From Calcarisporiella thermophila CBS 279.70 (lineage: Eukaryota > Fungi > Calcarisporiellomycota), in NCBI RefSeq assembly GCF_041956535.1, contig NW_027192196.1:576921-640920 (forward strand): a stretch of DNA of 64,000 nt, written 5' to 3'. Position 1 is the stretch's first letter, and each line of letters begins with the position of its first letter. The notes below the pieces were generated by a model. It did not search any database, was not told the origin of the DNA, and worked only from the letters and a program-made list of their open reading frames with translations. Positions 1 through 12,558 of the stretch are shown piece by piece. A program made the position numbers and the translations under genes.

Positions 1-500
1 CCTCCCCCAGCATGCTGCAGTTCCATATCTGCATCGATGAGATTCTAGCTGCCTCCATCCTTGCCGACGGCCTGGTACTTGGTGAGTTTCGTGTGGCGAT
101 GGCAGAGTAGGTAGAATCTTCCGCCTTGCTAAACTCTGCTTGTCTTTTAGCGACCCCCACCGGCTCAACTGCATATTCACTCTCTGCGGGCGGTCCCGTC
201 GTCCACTCTGGGTTTTCCGTCATCGTTACCCCAATTGCCCCCCACTCTCTCACCTCTCGGCCCATGATTGTTCCCGGCAACAAACGCATCCGAGTGTATG
301 TCGCCGAGTCCAGCCGCGGGTCTGGCTGGGTGAGCTTTGACGGGCGGAACCGTACTTCGCTGCAGAAGGGCGACTGGCTCGAGATTCGGCCCAGCCATTA
401 TCCCGTGCTGACGGTGAGTCGGGACGGGCCGAGCCAGGACTGGATCAACAGCCTGAACTCGCAGTTCCATTGGAACAGCCGACGAGAGCAAAAGTTGTAG
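1..500 (+). CDS. NAD(H) kinase, 3' part (5'-truncated by window; intron ~82-150)
   Basis: Spliced translation gives [36 protein letters not shown] and WVSFDGRNR, the NAD kinase C-terminal signatures. Stop at 498-500. Confidence 0.9.
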
Positions 501-1015
501 ACTGATTTTATTAAAGTTTTTGTGCTTTTCTTTTTTTTTTTCCATTTTGATCCATTTCCCCCCCCCCCCCCACTTTTGATATCGATTTCGTCTTGCTTTG
601 CCATTGAAGGCGTTCGTTATTTATTTTATGTTATACTACACACACATATAAACAAGTCGATGTATTTTATTTCGCGCGGCCGAAGTAGGTTTCATTGGTC
701 GGCGAGAGGAGAAGGAAATAATGGGCAGCGCTTGAATATCGGGTAGTAGAAACAAATAGCAGACAAAAAACAGCACAAGAAGAGAGGAAGCGACATCACA
801 TGCAAAAGAGGGGAAAAACCGTGGTGGATTAAGGGAAAAGAGGGAAACGAAGGAAAAAACGAAGAGCAACATTAAATAAGTCGAGAGATAAAGAATATAA
901 AAAAAAGAGTCTGACTAGATAGTAAAAGAGAAAAACATTGATCCAACCAAAAACTGAGAAAAAAAAAAATAAAAGTGTCTATGATGGGGACGATACAAAG
1001 TCCGTTGTGAAGGGT

Positions 1016-4000
1016 TTATTTCCTCTCATACTCCACTCGAATCTTCACAAACAGAGTGCTGAACAAGCATCGCTCCCCGTTGGCGTCGTAAAGCGGGAGG
1101 TGGCGATATCCCTCGGGAATCCCCACCAGCGGCATGCAACACCACGCCACCACGTCGTTCATCTTGAGGTCCCGGTCCATCACGTGGAACCGCAGCATCA
1201 AAAGCTCGGGGAGCTCGACGTCGTTCAGAGTGAACTGCACCACCTCATTCCAGGTCGGGTTGAATCCATTGTCCGTCACGGACTTGGACTGATACCGCAA
1301 CGCCACCCCATGTCCAAAGATCTCAATGGAACAAAAGGGGTCGATGACATCGGACGTGCTCACGTCCACAGGACGAGGCAGCTGCTGCGCCGATATCAGG
1401 TGAATCTCCACATGGCGCGGGCATGGTGCTTCCCATGGAGTTTCCTCCTCGGACGGCTCTGGCACCTCGCTTTTGGCTCTCAGAGCCTTGGGCTTGAGCA
1501 CGTACCCCGTTTTCCCGTTCTTCCGAAACATGGCTCGGTTGATTTGCATCCCGCGGTCGAACGTCTGGTAGTTCAACGCGACAAACTGGCATCCCACCGC
1601 CCACAGCGGCAGAGGATCGTAGTTCGACGAGTTGATGCGCAAACCTCCTGGGTATACCCGCGAGAGATATCGTCTGTTGTATTGCACGAAAGCCTCACGA
1701 TTCGACTTGGCCAGACGGAGTGCGGTGCGTTCCGAAAACGAGGAGATCTGGAACTCGTCCTTAACCACTACGAAGGAAGGAGAGAGAGAGAAAAAAAAGG
1801 GGGGAGGGGGGGGGGATCGGTGAGTTTGGCATGGTCTACAGATGGATAGGCGCTCGCAGGGAGCATGGGGGACTCGCGACCTACTTTGAAAGCCTTTGAA
1901 TTTCTTGGCCTTGCAGTACACGACCACGTTCGACAGGGCCTTGGAGATCTTTTGCTCGCCCTTCTCCTCCTTGCTGGACCGCCTCTTCTTCGCCGACTCA
2001 GATGAGGCATCGCTCCCCTCCTCCGACTCATACTCCGACTCTGTGGCATAATAATCGGTCTCGTTTGAATCATCCGACGACGTCTTCCCCTTGATCAGGA
2101 TCTTGTACATTAGATCCTTGGGGGAGGGGAGCCTCGAGCCACTCAGGTCCAGCACGGGCTCAGTGATGAGCGACCCGCCCAAAGTGTCTCGCAAGATAGT
2201 GGCCATCACGTTTTGTTGCTCCAGCGAGCAATGCACCTCAAGAGATAGAATGAGGGGGTATGGGGAGGCAACAAACGCATACTTCGAGATGGCCTCGATC
2301 ACGTCCCGGAACAGGATCTTGGAGGTCAGCGTGTGTCCATGATAGATGACAGGCGACCCGTCGGGGCCGTCCCAACAATCAAGTTCAACGCAACGGCAGC
2401 CGCTCTGCAGTGCGCGAACGTAGCCTTCCACCGAGGATTCGCCGGCAAGTTGATGGCCAAGAAGATAGCTGGCCAAGGCAAATAAGAAGAGTGTCGGAGG
2501 GTCAGCCCTCTTTTCTCCAGCCAATTTTCTGTTTGGAAAAAAATAAGCATGATGCCTTACGTATTGTGCGAGCTGGCGACATAGTAGTCGCTAAGGGGAT
2601 GGGTCATGTCTTGATGCAGGCTGTTGTATTCCGCCGAGTAGATGTGGTTGAATGGGGAAAGCAGGAAGCTGGTGAACCCCTCGAGAGACATGTGCTCTTC
2701 CTCTTTCTCAAGAAACTTTCTAAATATCGCCTCGATCTGTTCGTCGGATTCTTTGCTCTAGCATGAAGATAGAGAACGGTTAGATATATTGGGGCACCGC
2801 GGGCACAAAAACGATAAAAAAAAACTACCTTTTGAATGGTTTTCATAAACGCCCTAAACTCGGTCAGCGTTAAATACTGGGGATTCGAATTGGTGCAAGA
2901 CGCAAAGAGCGATGAGATATCTGGGCGCTCCTTGAGTAGCTTGACGAATCGTGTAAAATTTGCAAAATCCAAATAGCCCTGCTTGTTCATATCGGCTTGC
3001 TATTAAGAGTCAAGGTTATAAGCATAGGATATAGGATTAAAACCGCTGGTTTCGAAAAAAAGTGGGTGACAATATTACATCAAACCGAATCTTGAGTTCC
3101 TTCTTCGAAAAATTAATGTTCAAGGACCGGCAAAGGGATACCACCTCGTCAAAATTCACCCGCGAGTCGTTGTTTTTGTCCGCATCTTTCCAGTTCTGAC
3201 GTAGCCACTGATTATAGCGCCGTCGCTGCTGCTCCAGTCCGTCGAGGAGTTGATTCTGCTCCGAGATCAGGCGCTGGAGGGTTGAGGACCAGTCGTTGAA
3301 CACCGCCTTGGTCGGGGCAACAATATGAAGAATCTTGTAGCGGCCATCCACATGATAAATGAGCGTCATCCAGCGATCCTCCTGATCCGCGGGGATATTG
3401 CACTGCTCCCGGTAGATACGGGCATCCGCTCCGGTGCGAAGCTCCTTGATATTCTCGATGTTGATTTTCCCGCTTTTCTTCGAGTCCCAGATAATTCTGC
3501 ATTGCTCCGGGTCTAGGCGAAATAGCCGCGCCGCTGCCTTCTTTGTCGAGACCTTGAGCAGCAAAGAGCCCGTCAGCGACTTAGGCAGCCACCCGGCAAT
3601 GACATCGGAGATTGCGGGGTCGACCTTATACACAGAGCTGCTGTCAGAACTGGTGGCCATGGTGGTGGTTGAGTTGAACGAGCTGGAAAGCATGGATGCA
3701 GAGGATGGGGATGACGACTGAATGGAGCCCTCCACGACGGTCGCAATCTGGGCTCCTTTAGCGTCGGAAATCGATTGGGCGATATCCGGTTCAGAGCGTG
3801 TTGCCATAAATGCAGGCGGCTTATCCGATTTTACAGCGGGCTCAGAATGGGTGCGATAAAGGAGGTGATTATCTCTGGCACTCATGAAAATTCCAGCGGA
3901 TTGACGTTTAAGCTGCCGAATTTTAAGCAGAGTCCGGCTGGCTGGGCTCTCGGGTTGATTTAGTTTGCTAGGCGGTCCCTTGTGGGGTACTTCAAAATTA

Positions 4001-4347
4001 AACACAGAGTTCGAAGCGGGGGTTGGGCTGTCGACAAATACGTTCGGGTCAGCAGAATCCTCTTCTTTGTTCTGTGGGCACGCCGATTCAAGTTCGGAAC
4101 CGACCGATGGATGGGGTGTGGATGAAGTGTTCTCTAAGCCACTGCTAATACCAGAGGAGAATGAATCCCTTGGCTGTAAGCCGGAAACGGATGCAATTTC
4201 TTTGCTGCCATCTGAATTGGACGGGAGTGGGGTGGATAGCTTTCGCGGCAAGTTAGAGACGCTGGCCGTTTCCTGCGGCAGCTCCCTCTGGCTCTTCTTG
4301 TCCATTTTCTTGCGTTTCTTAAATCCTATGCATTTCAATAGCAACAT
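1016..4347 (-). CDS. PLC1: Phosphoinositide-specific phospholipase C (PH, EF-hand, X, Y, C2), multi-exon
   Basis: X-box [22 protein letters not shown] and [11 protein letters not shown]; Y-box [14 protein letters not shown] and [10 protein letters not shown]; C2 HLISAQQLP and NGFNPTWNE; PH/EF region in ORF 3037-4347. GT-AG introns join ORFs 3037-4347, 2604-2990 and 1016-2524. Confidence 0.95.
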
Positions 4348-5190
4348 GGTACTTTTTTGCAGATAAACTTGGATAAATCAGGCAACACTGCCACTCCCGG
4401 CCCACACGTAATCAGCAAAGCCGCGGCAGTTTCAGGTATAGCATACGCCCTGGGCGAGATTGAGGTGGAGGTGCAGAGACAACAGCGCAATGAATTCCAA
4501 GAAAAAAGAAAAAGAAAAACGTATCATAAAGGAAGGAGAATGCTATGGAAGCAGTTGGGCTTGTTCGGTTGTACACATTGGCTGCCACAAAAGAAACAGC
4601 AGTGTTTTCAGTCGATTGGTTGCAATGCGAAATTGATTTTTCTACGATAACTGGGTGAATTGTACAAATATATGTATATGAAAAACGAAGCCTCACAGCC
4701 TCAGACTAGGAGGCACGCCATTCGGGCTCAAGAGAACGGCAGGTCTTGCTCATCGTTGGGCTATGTCAACCCAGCTTCGCGTTGGATGGGGGCTTCATCG
4801 AGGCCATTGCGACTTCGGCTGCGGCTGGTTGAGACTGCTTTCTTTTTTTAAAAAGTCATTGATAGTGTCAAAGCAATCTGCAATGCATGGAAGTTGTCCC
4901 ACAGAAAGGGGCCCAGCCCTGCTCAACCTACCAAAGGAGTCTGAAGGACTAATCAATGACGTGTTTAGGTAAGTGATAGGTTAAATAGTACGTCTATTTA
5001 TTTATTATTAGCCTATGTCGACGTGAAGATCTTGACTGGTTGCTAAGAAGGAATAAAAACAATCGGATCCGGGTATTCAACAGTACATGGTTGGGAAAGT
5101 GGGGATTTATCAGGGGTGTAGATACACTTTACACTTTAGACCATTTAGCATAAGATATCTGATTATGTCCCCGGGTAAAACGACGCGGAT

Positions 5191-6670
5191 TTATGACGAC
5201 CTTTTGACCGAGATAAGACTATGTACAATGATTAGCAAGGAGAGAGCATAGCCCACCACCGCAGGGGACAGGTTGGAGGCACCCGATGTAGGGGTATTCG
5301 CATCTATTGGGAGTTTTACTTTGTATCCCATCGCGTCGAGCACGCCCAGCAGACCGGGACCAAGTGCGGTAGTGCTCCCGAATTTCTTCACCACCTGTGA
5401 CACCGGTATCGTCTCATCGTTGATGTATCGCATCAGGAAATCCCGTGTATTGGAAAAGGTCGAATAGTCGCAGTGGCTAATGGAGCTAGACGGGCGATAA
5501 GTGGCAAAGGATGTCTCGAGGATATAAAACCCGTTCGGGTTGGAGACGGCTCTACCAACACGCAGCCCGAGAGATTTGGGAGTGGTGGCCAGGGCCAGCA
5601 TCTGCCGCCCTGCCGCTCCATGTGCAGACGCATTCAGCGCAACATAGAGCTCGCTCAGCGAGGCATAGGTTCCCGCCTCGGTGCTGTTAGGGAACCCATT
5701 CAGGGCTCTCGCCAACTCCGATACTCTATTGCCTCGCGCGTCACCCGTCAGGATATACATGGCACGGTCGAACACCGTCTCGAGGAAAGCATCGATTTTG
5801 AGCTGCGCGCTGGTTGTGGACTTGTAGTATGGTAGCGGTGTGAGCAGGAGATTGGACTGGGCATAGTCGTTCCACCCGCTTGCAAAGCCGAGTCCGTGCA
5901 TTAGCTCGTGGAGGATCGTCAGGTGGAAGTCCTGTTGATCGGACCTCATTGTGCCGTCCCCCTAGTTAAACATCGCAATTATGTCAGTTTTATTGGCGGT
6001 TTGGCGACCTCCAGCGGGGGGAGAACACAGTCTATTTATGCTCACCTCGAACCAGTACTTCACATCCTCGTTGAATATCGCCTCGATATCATAGGGCGCA
6101 AAGTCCGGCCGAGGCGTCACCTGCATCTGCTTTAGAAGCGACTGGGGAAAGAGTCGAGTGACGCCGTCCCTGTCTTTCAGTGGAATCAACCTGGCCACCT
6201 TGGCGAAGCCTAAGCCGAAGCCGGCCGATTAGTTCCATTCACATGTGATGAGCGCATGAAAAAAGAAGGGAAGAGAGGATACCCAGTGGGACGGTTGCTC
6301 CATTGGCGCACTGCCCAATTCTCGCGCAAAACCCAAAGAATGACGCGTTGACGCGTACCGGTTCCACGAGTTCCAGGGCAGCGGTAATTTCCTGTCCAAC
6401 TTTGGTGAATGTGTCCCGAACCTTGGTGCACAGCTGTGTGGAGGCCGTGCAATTTAGGTCAACGATGAATGCATTACTCTCTGGAGATGGCGGTTGCGGC
6501 AGCTGCCGGCGGTGGAGCTGTTGCGAAGGAGAAGCGGAGGGATGACATGCGATGCGCGCAAACTTGGTGTTGTCGAAGAGGTCAGGTTCCAGGCAGTCGG
6601 TTACAGCGAAGGAGGGGAAGGCATAAACGAACGAAACTAGGCTCAAGAGAGCAATGGGGAGGGAGCGCAT
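5191..6670 (-). CDS. Secreted, probably GPI-anchored HExxH (zincin-like) protein
   Basis: Signal peptide MRSLPIALLSLVSFVYA, motif ILHELMHGLGF, SSISH and DFLMRY, hydrophobic C-terminal tail after a Ser/Gly-rich spacer. Introns ~6210-6282 and ~5962-6030. Confidence 0.75.
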
Positions 6671-7280
6671 TCTTTCAGATTCCTTGCCACCTTCAAACAA
6701 TAAACATCATCCGAAGGAACAAAGATGCTGCCTACCCTCTATGCATAACGTCATTTAAACGGTAATCATGCTTGTTTTATTTTTATTTTTCCCTCTCTTG
6801 GCAGTTTACACAAATAATATGCTAATTTTACACAAATATACACCGATGCTGCCGCGCTAGCTTAAAATAAGATTGTAATTATATTTACTCGAAAGATCAA
6901 TCATAAATGAATATATATAGAAAGTAAGGAAATGCAGAAAAATCAATCATCTTAAGATCCTTATGTCCATAGGTTTTTAAAGAAAAAAAGAATAGAATTC
7001 AATGGTTTAACATATATAATTAGGTGTCAATAAGGAGAAAAGATGAGGGATAGTTAAAGGAGAAAGGAAAAAAAAGATAAAGTGAAAAGAAATATGTAAG
7101 TAAAAATATATATTTATATATGTGGTAAGCGCTAGGATTCAAAAAAAAAAAATGAAGAGAAATAGGAAGAGAGCGAAAAAAAAAAGAAAAGGGATGAAAT
7201 ATAAACAAAAAAAAGGGCAAAAGTAAAGAGAACAAAACTATTTAAAGACATGTCTATAAAAAAAGCGATTAACATTAGTC

Positions 7281-10200
7281 TTAAATTATTCCATTTTCCT
7301 TGTAAACACTGTTGTTGTTGTTGAGTTCGGAGAGATGGCCAAGTGCAGCCGATGGGAAATAAGAGTTAGCCCCCATGCCTCCTCCCCCTCCACTACCTCC
7401 ACCCGAGTTTGAGTTGGAGATCGAGGTCGGGGCAGAGTCCGGCACCTCTAGCCCAATCTCCTCGGCCAACTTTCGATAGGCAGGGGCCTGCACAACCCCC
7501 ATCTTTTGCAGCACTTGCTCCACCGCAGAGCAGATCCATTTCTTCTCCTCTTCCTTCTCGCCGCACGATTGCTTCACTTGCACTATCACGCCAGCGCCCA
7601 GAAGAGGCTCCGAGAGCACCTCCTCCAACACGTTTGGATTCCCCAACAGCTCCTGCAGAACTTGCTCGCGAGGTTTCGGCTCCACGTGCTGATTCACCAG
7701 CTTGAGCACGGTGAGGGAGGCTAGCTTGTGGACGCAGAGTGGACCCATGTGCGGCACCAGCCGCGGAGCAAGCAGTCCGTATCGTCGTGGCAGGCCCGAT
7801 GTGTCCAAGAGCCAAGTCAGCAGGAGGGTGCCGTTGGGATTGGTGGCCAGAAGGGGCGCACACTGCGCAATGGCAACGGCGACTTGACGCTGCTGCCGTT
7901 TATTCGCGTGGGGTGATTCCAAACAAGCCCGCATAGCCCTGGCCCCGAATCGTCCCTGTGCGATTTCCCAGAGGCACTCCGCCATCGCATCAAACACAAA
8001 TTGATTGCGAGTCGAGCCATAGGGGAGCACACACTGCACAACGTAGTTGCCAAACTGGTCGAGAAGTAGCGCAGGGATGAAGGGGGCGAGGCGCGCACAG
8101 ATAAGCGCAATCTGATCGGGATGCTGGCACTCTCCCATGATCTTCTGCGCGGCCCAGGTTCCATTCTTGTGTACGCCAATGGAGGCCAAGTGGGGCGCAA
8201 TCATCTCAAGCATGCGCGAGCGCATTTCTTCCCCACACCGCTCAAACAGACGCTGGACAACCGTGTTCCCGATGTAGTCACTGCAAAGTTCCACGATTTC
8301 ATCGAGGCACTCTTGTGCCACCACTTCAGCCTCCTCGGTCCCAACGGACTCGAGGTGCTTACGGAGCTCGCGGAGGCGGCCTGCCTCAAGCCGGCGCTTG
8401 GATTCCAATGCGGGCGGAATGGTGCTGATGTACTCGACGCTGCCCTCGCCCGAACCCTCCGCCATCTCGTTCTTGGCCTCCCCCACCAACTCCGCCAGCA
8501 TCTCCGCCCGCTCCTTCCGTAGAACTTCTGGGCCCTGTCCCATCAGAGTGCGAACAAGCTCCGCATGATAGTCTTCCGCCTTGACCGTCCGCGACAAAAC
8601 CTTGCTTCCCCCATTGATGCCAATTCCGTTCACGCCGCCGCCGTTTCCATTGGCTCCCTCCTCCGCCTTCGGAGGCTCCTTGGCAAAGCCCAGTCGCAAC
8701 ACGGTGCCGCTCACCCCAAACAAATCCTGGCCCATCATCATTTTGCGTGCCACCACGGCTTCCTCCACCGTCGCAAAATTGACAAATCCGCAGTTCTTGT
8801 GGGTCAACACGCGGGCGGATTCGACCGTCCCAAACGCCGAGAACACTTCACGCAGCAGTTCGGGCGGAGTCGTGGCGGGAATGTTTCCAATCCACAGAGC
8901 CCGCGTCGGCTGGCTGCTCTCCCCGTTGACACTGCCGTTGACACTTGGGCCAATCCCGGTTGGAGAGGAGGATTCGGTCGCCTTTCCAAACCCAACCCGC
9001 ACAATGCAATGGCCAATGCGCGATCCCATCCGCAGCATAATCTCGTCCCGGGCGCGAAGCGCCTCTTCCACCGTGGAGAAGTTCACGAATCCACACTCCT
9101 TCTCCGGCAGAAGCTTGACGCCCTCCACGGTGCCAATCGAGGCAAACAATTGGTGGAGATCAGCGATGGATAGAGTGGGGTCCAAGTTACCGATCCATAG
9201 TGAGCGCGTGGGGATTTGAGACGGTGGACTGACGGGTGGAGGCGACAACGGCGCGAAGGTGAAGTCGGTCATGGAGTTCAGGTTGAGGGACGGGTTGGTG
9301 ACGGGGGGAGAGGGCGAGGTAAAGACATCTGAGGTGGTCGTAGCAGCAGAGGACATGTGGTGCTGGTGGGGCGTCTGAATACCCCCACTCACATCTACCA
9401 TGCCCACTCCACCGTTCACAAATAGATTCAGCAGCCCGCTTCCACTCAGATCTGACTCGTTCGATGATTCCTGATGAGAGTGTAAAGAAGTACGGTGGAA
9501 GCTCTGAGAAGCACTTGAATGGTGCTGAGGGGCATAAACTCCAGCCGTCATTAGGTCCCTTTCTGCAACTAGTCGGCTCGGGTGGGAAAGATAAGGGTCA
9601 GCGCCAGGCTGATCTAGCATCCCCACAGATATCGCCCTGGGGCGCAACATGTGCTGTTGGGACTGTTTCTGCTGCTGTTGCTGCTGCTGGAATTGATGCA
9701 CTCCGCCGGCGAAAAATCCACTGGCGTTGATATTATCGACCGGGCCATACCCATCAGGTGATGAAGTGTACATCCCCCCACCTGCGCCCATACCGCTTCC
9801 ACCACCACCGACTTGTATTCTGGCGACTGGAGTAGAAGTGGAAAACGAGCGCATTCGCTGAGCGTGCTGTTCCCCCATTCCCATTCCCATCCCAGCCCCG
9901 TCCGGGCCACCCGAAAACTGGAAATCAAGGGGCGGTTGTAGTCCCGGGCGATCCGCTCCGTGGTTCCGTGCCGTATGGTCATCGAGTCCCAATACCCCAA
10001 GCGTTCTGGCCACATCGTCGTTCATCATATCGTTTGGGGTTGCTGGAGATAGAACACCCGAGTTTCCATCCCCTATCCTTTCTACGGCAGCCCACGAGGC
10101 CGCTGTGAAAAGTGAAGTGCCGAAGGCTTTTGATAATGAAGACGGTGGAAGAGTTGCTGAACCCGAACGTAGCCGGTTGGCAATGGGCTGGAGTGGGGGT

Positions 10201-10522
10201 TTGCCGGCTAAACTACCTGAAGTGGGAGGGCCCATGTTAGAAGCGGGGGTTGGGGCGGAACGTAGGGTAGAATACATGCTGTTGGAGCGCGAGGGCATTG
10301 TGTCTGCGCGTGGGCGTCTTGCGAATCCCAAAAGAGAATCTTCACTCAGTTCCTCCAGCATCAATCCATTGTTTCCGTAGTTTGTGGCGTAAGAGGTGGG
10401 CATGGGGCGATTCATGTTATCGAGTGAGGATTTCCATAGGTTGGAGGCGGAATGACCTACCGAGGCGAATTAGTACAAAATAACGTGGAGAAATAGAGGT
10501 AGGGGAGCTCACCTGCATCCAT
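7281..10522 (-). CDS. Puf1/Puf2 (Jsn1)-type RNA-binding protein with 2 RRMs and Pumilio repeats
   Basis: RRMs PTRSLWIGNL..CGFVNF and PTRALWIGNI..CGFVNF. PUF repeats GNTVVQ, GTWAAQ, GNYVVQ and GARAMR match the Puf2-class recognition residues. First exon ATGGATGCAG at 10522-10513 plus intron 10457-10512 joins in frame to ORF 7281-10415. Confidence 0.92.
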
Positions 10523-11305
10523 TATGCTCTAAAAAGTATATTACAGATCGAATGATAAAGCTAACGTAGCAAAAGACAAGGCAAGAGGGAAAAAAAATGA
10601 GTGAAAATGAATCGCAAACTTAATGTAGCTCAACTCAATGAAATAAGAAGCACAATACGCAACGCCCCAGAAATGAAATAATAATAGGACAAGCCGCATT
10701 TGAGAATTAAAAAAAAAGATATGGCTGGCAACTTACCTTAGAATAGAGATAAGATAATAATTTCAGAGAATATGATTATAGGGGAGGTAATGCTAAAAGA
10801 GAATACTCTCAGTGATAAGGAATGAATGAGGGAAGAGAAGAAAGGGGGGGAAAATAGAGGCGTGCACTAATATATATATATGTATATGAATTAGACCGGC
10901 CTTGTCTCCTGATCCCTTGAGAATACAAATAGCTACAAGAAGAAAGTTAAGGAATAATACAATAGAAATAGATTAGAAAAACAAATGGGAGTTGATAGAA
11001 TGATACTGTGGTGAATATTTTTTTTTCCAAGCGCAGAAACAAGAGAGAAGAGGGAAGAGACAAGGGAACCGACTCGAGACTTTTCGCCTTTTGGACTGTG
11101 TGACTACTTTGACTCGTTTGACGCAAAAAAAAAATTTTTTTTTATACCGCAATTTTTGCCAATATCCGCCTTCTTAATAACTCCCAGACCACCAACATTT
11201 CCAACCTATTGCTGGAACAATAGGGACAGTGACATCCACACTCCAAACGCAACTCTGTAGTACCAAAAGACTCGAAGAGCTGTCAATACTTCCGATTACC
11301 TAGAC

Positions 11306-11935
11306 TCATCCTTCCTCATTTTCGTCTTCTCTTGGCTGTTTGCATTCCTGCTTCTCCCACTCCTTTCCATACATGATACGTGCAAGCAATATGCCTGTGG
11401 CGGCGCCGCTGCCAGACAGGGTAAAAATATCAAATTTGAAGTGGAGGAGGGGGTTTTCTCTACTCTAACATAGACATAGCATATTGCAGACTCTTATGAA
11501 TACTGAAACTGAACAAAATAGAGCAATTGTTTCATTTGTATCTTTTCTTGCGAAATAAGGATATGTAATAGTTGACACGTGAGAACCGTCATGCTTGTTT
11601 AGAGCCGCGAAGCTTGCTCAAAACTCTCGGTTGGGATAGAGGCGTAGTGAACGTGAGAGGGACAGAGATATGTCCTCATGGTTAGAGAGGCGGGTCCTAT
11701 CACAAGATGAAAAATGGTTGGCAATCCGAGAAGCCTCGAGTTCAGAGCAAGTGCGGTTGATTTGTCTTTCTTAGTTTTGCTCTCCATAAGGGAGCCATTG
11801 AGTAGGATTCTCATTTGTAATAGCAGCTATCCGAGCTAAAGCTAAGGGTATTGCTACAATCTTTCCGTGTGCGATGTTGGACAGGGGATTGGAAAGGAGG
11901 AGGGAGATATTGAGGGTCGAGCAAAACAGATGTTT
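11306..11935 (-). pseudogene. Disrupted coding-like remnant of unknown identity
   Basis: One minus-strand frame runs about 120 codons with two internal stops (TAA 11773-11771, TGA 11620-11618). It can be joined through a putative AT-AC intron (11421-11564) to LSGSGAATGILLARIMYGKEWEKQ...EEG*. Confidence 0.25.
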
Positions 11936-12558
11936 TTAAAACCTGTTTGAAGTACTTATGCACGAGAGATGGTGGGGATACTTGAGATTTGTATTATCCG
12001 GGGGAGATATTCTATTTTAGGTTGGGTGATTCAGATTTATCGACCTTCGCCGCAAGTCTCTGCTGTTTCTCATTCCCTAAGTACCCGATGACGTGTCTCG
12101 ACTCTCTGAATTCCGCTGAGCTCAAAAGGTGAAACCGACACACTTGGCTCAATTAGTGAGCGACATAGATTTTGAGGAAAGATCATGTCTTGGGCTGTTT
12201 CCGATAGCCAGTGGAAAATTGTAGGGCCTGATCACGCTGTCGAATATCAAACTAACTCCTCTAACTTCGATGGATCGGAAAATATCCATCTTTGTAATAG
12301 CATCGGAGAGGTTCAATGAGAAAGCGTCTCGGTAACAGTATATTCCAGGACAATGGAGGGAAGCAGAGTATGCGAAGAAGAAAGGAGAATATAAAAGAAA
12401 CGCAGCATAACAATGGAGAAGGTAGAGGAAAAAAGAGACTGGAGAAAAGAAGAAAGAAACATTATAACTACAAGAAACCCAGAGAACATATACGTTATTT
12501 TGCACTACTTTTGAACTTTTTTTAACCACCCTCAACCCCAAAATCCAATCCTTTTTCA

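Noticed and set aside
489-500. NAD kinase C-terminal QKL as a peroxisomal targeting signal
   Set aside because: Non-canonical tripeptide with no other support.
938-1849. 303-aa plus-strand ORF, and similar long antisense ORFs at 8565-9219, 24567-25292, 37680-38384, 39780-40571, 44180-44833 and 51782-52537
   Set aside because: These are antisense shadows of well-supported GC-rich genes and carry no recognisable motifs.
6210-6282. Intron with U12-like donor GTATCCTCT in the HExxH gene
   Set aside because: The donor mismatches at +8 and the branch is U2-type (ACTAAT), with no TCCTTAAC-like site. Not called U12.
7020-7235. Phe- or Lys-rich short ORFs in intergenic purine/pyrimidine tracts (also 522-746, 12149-12559, 54667-54882)
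   Set aside because: Low-complexity UTR sequence, not protein-like.
11618-11620. In-frame TGA as possible selenocysteine
   Set aside because: The same frame also has a TAA, the context matches no selenoprotein family I know, and I saw no SECIS.
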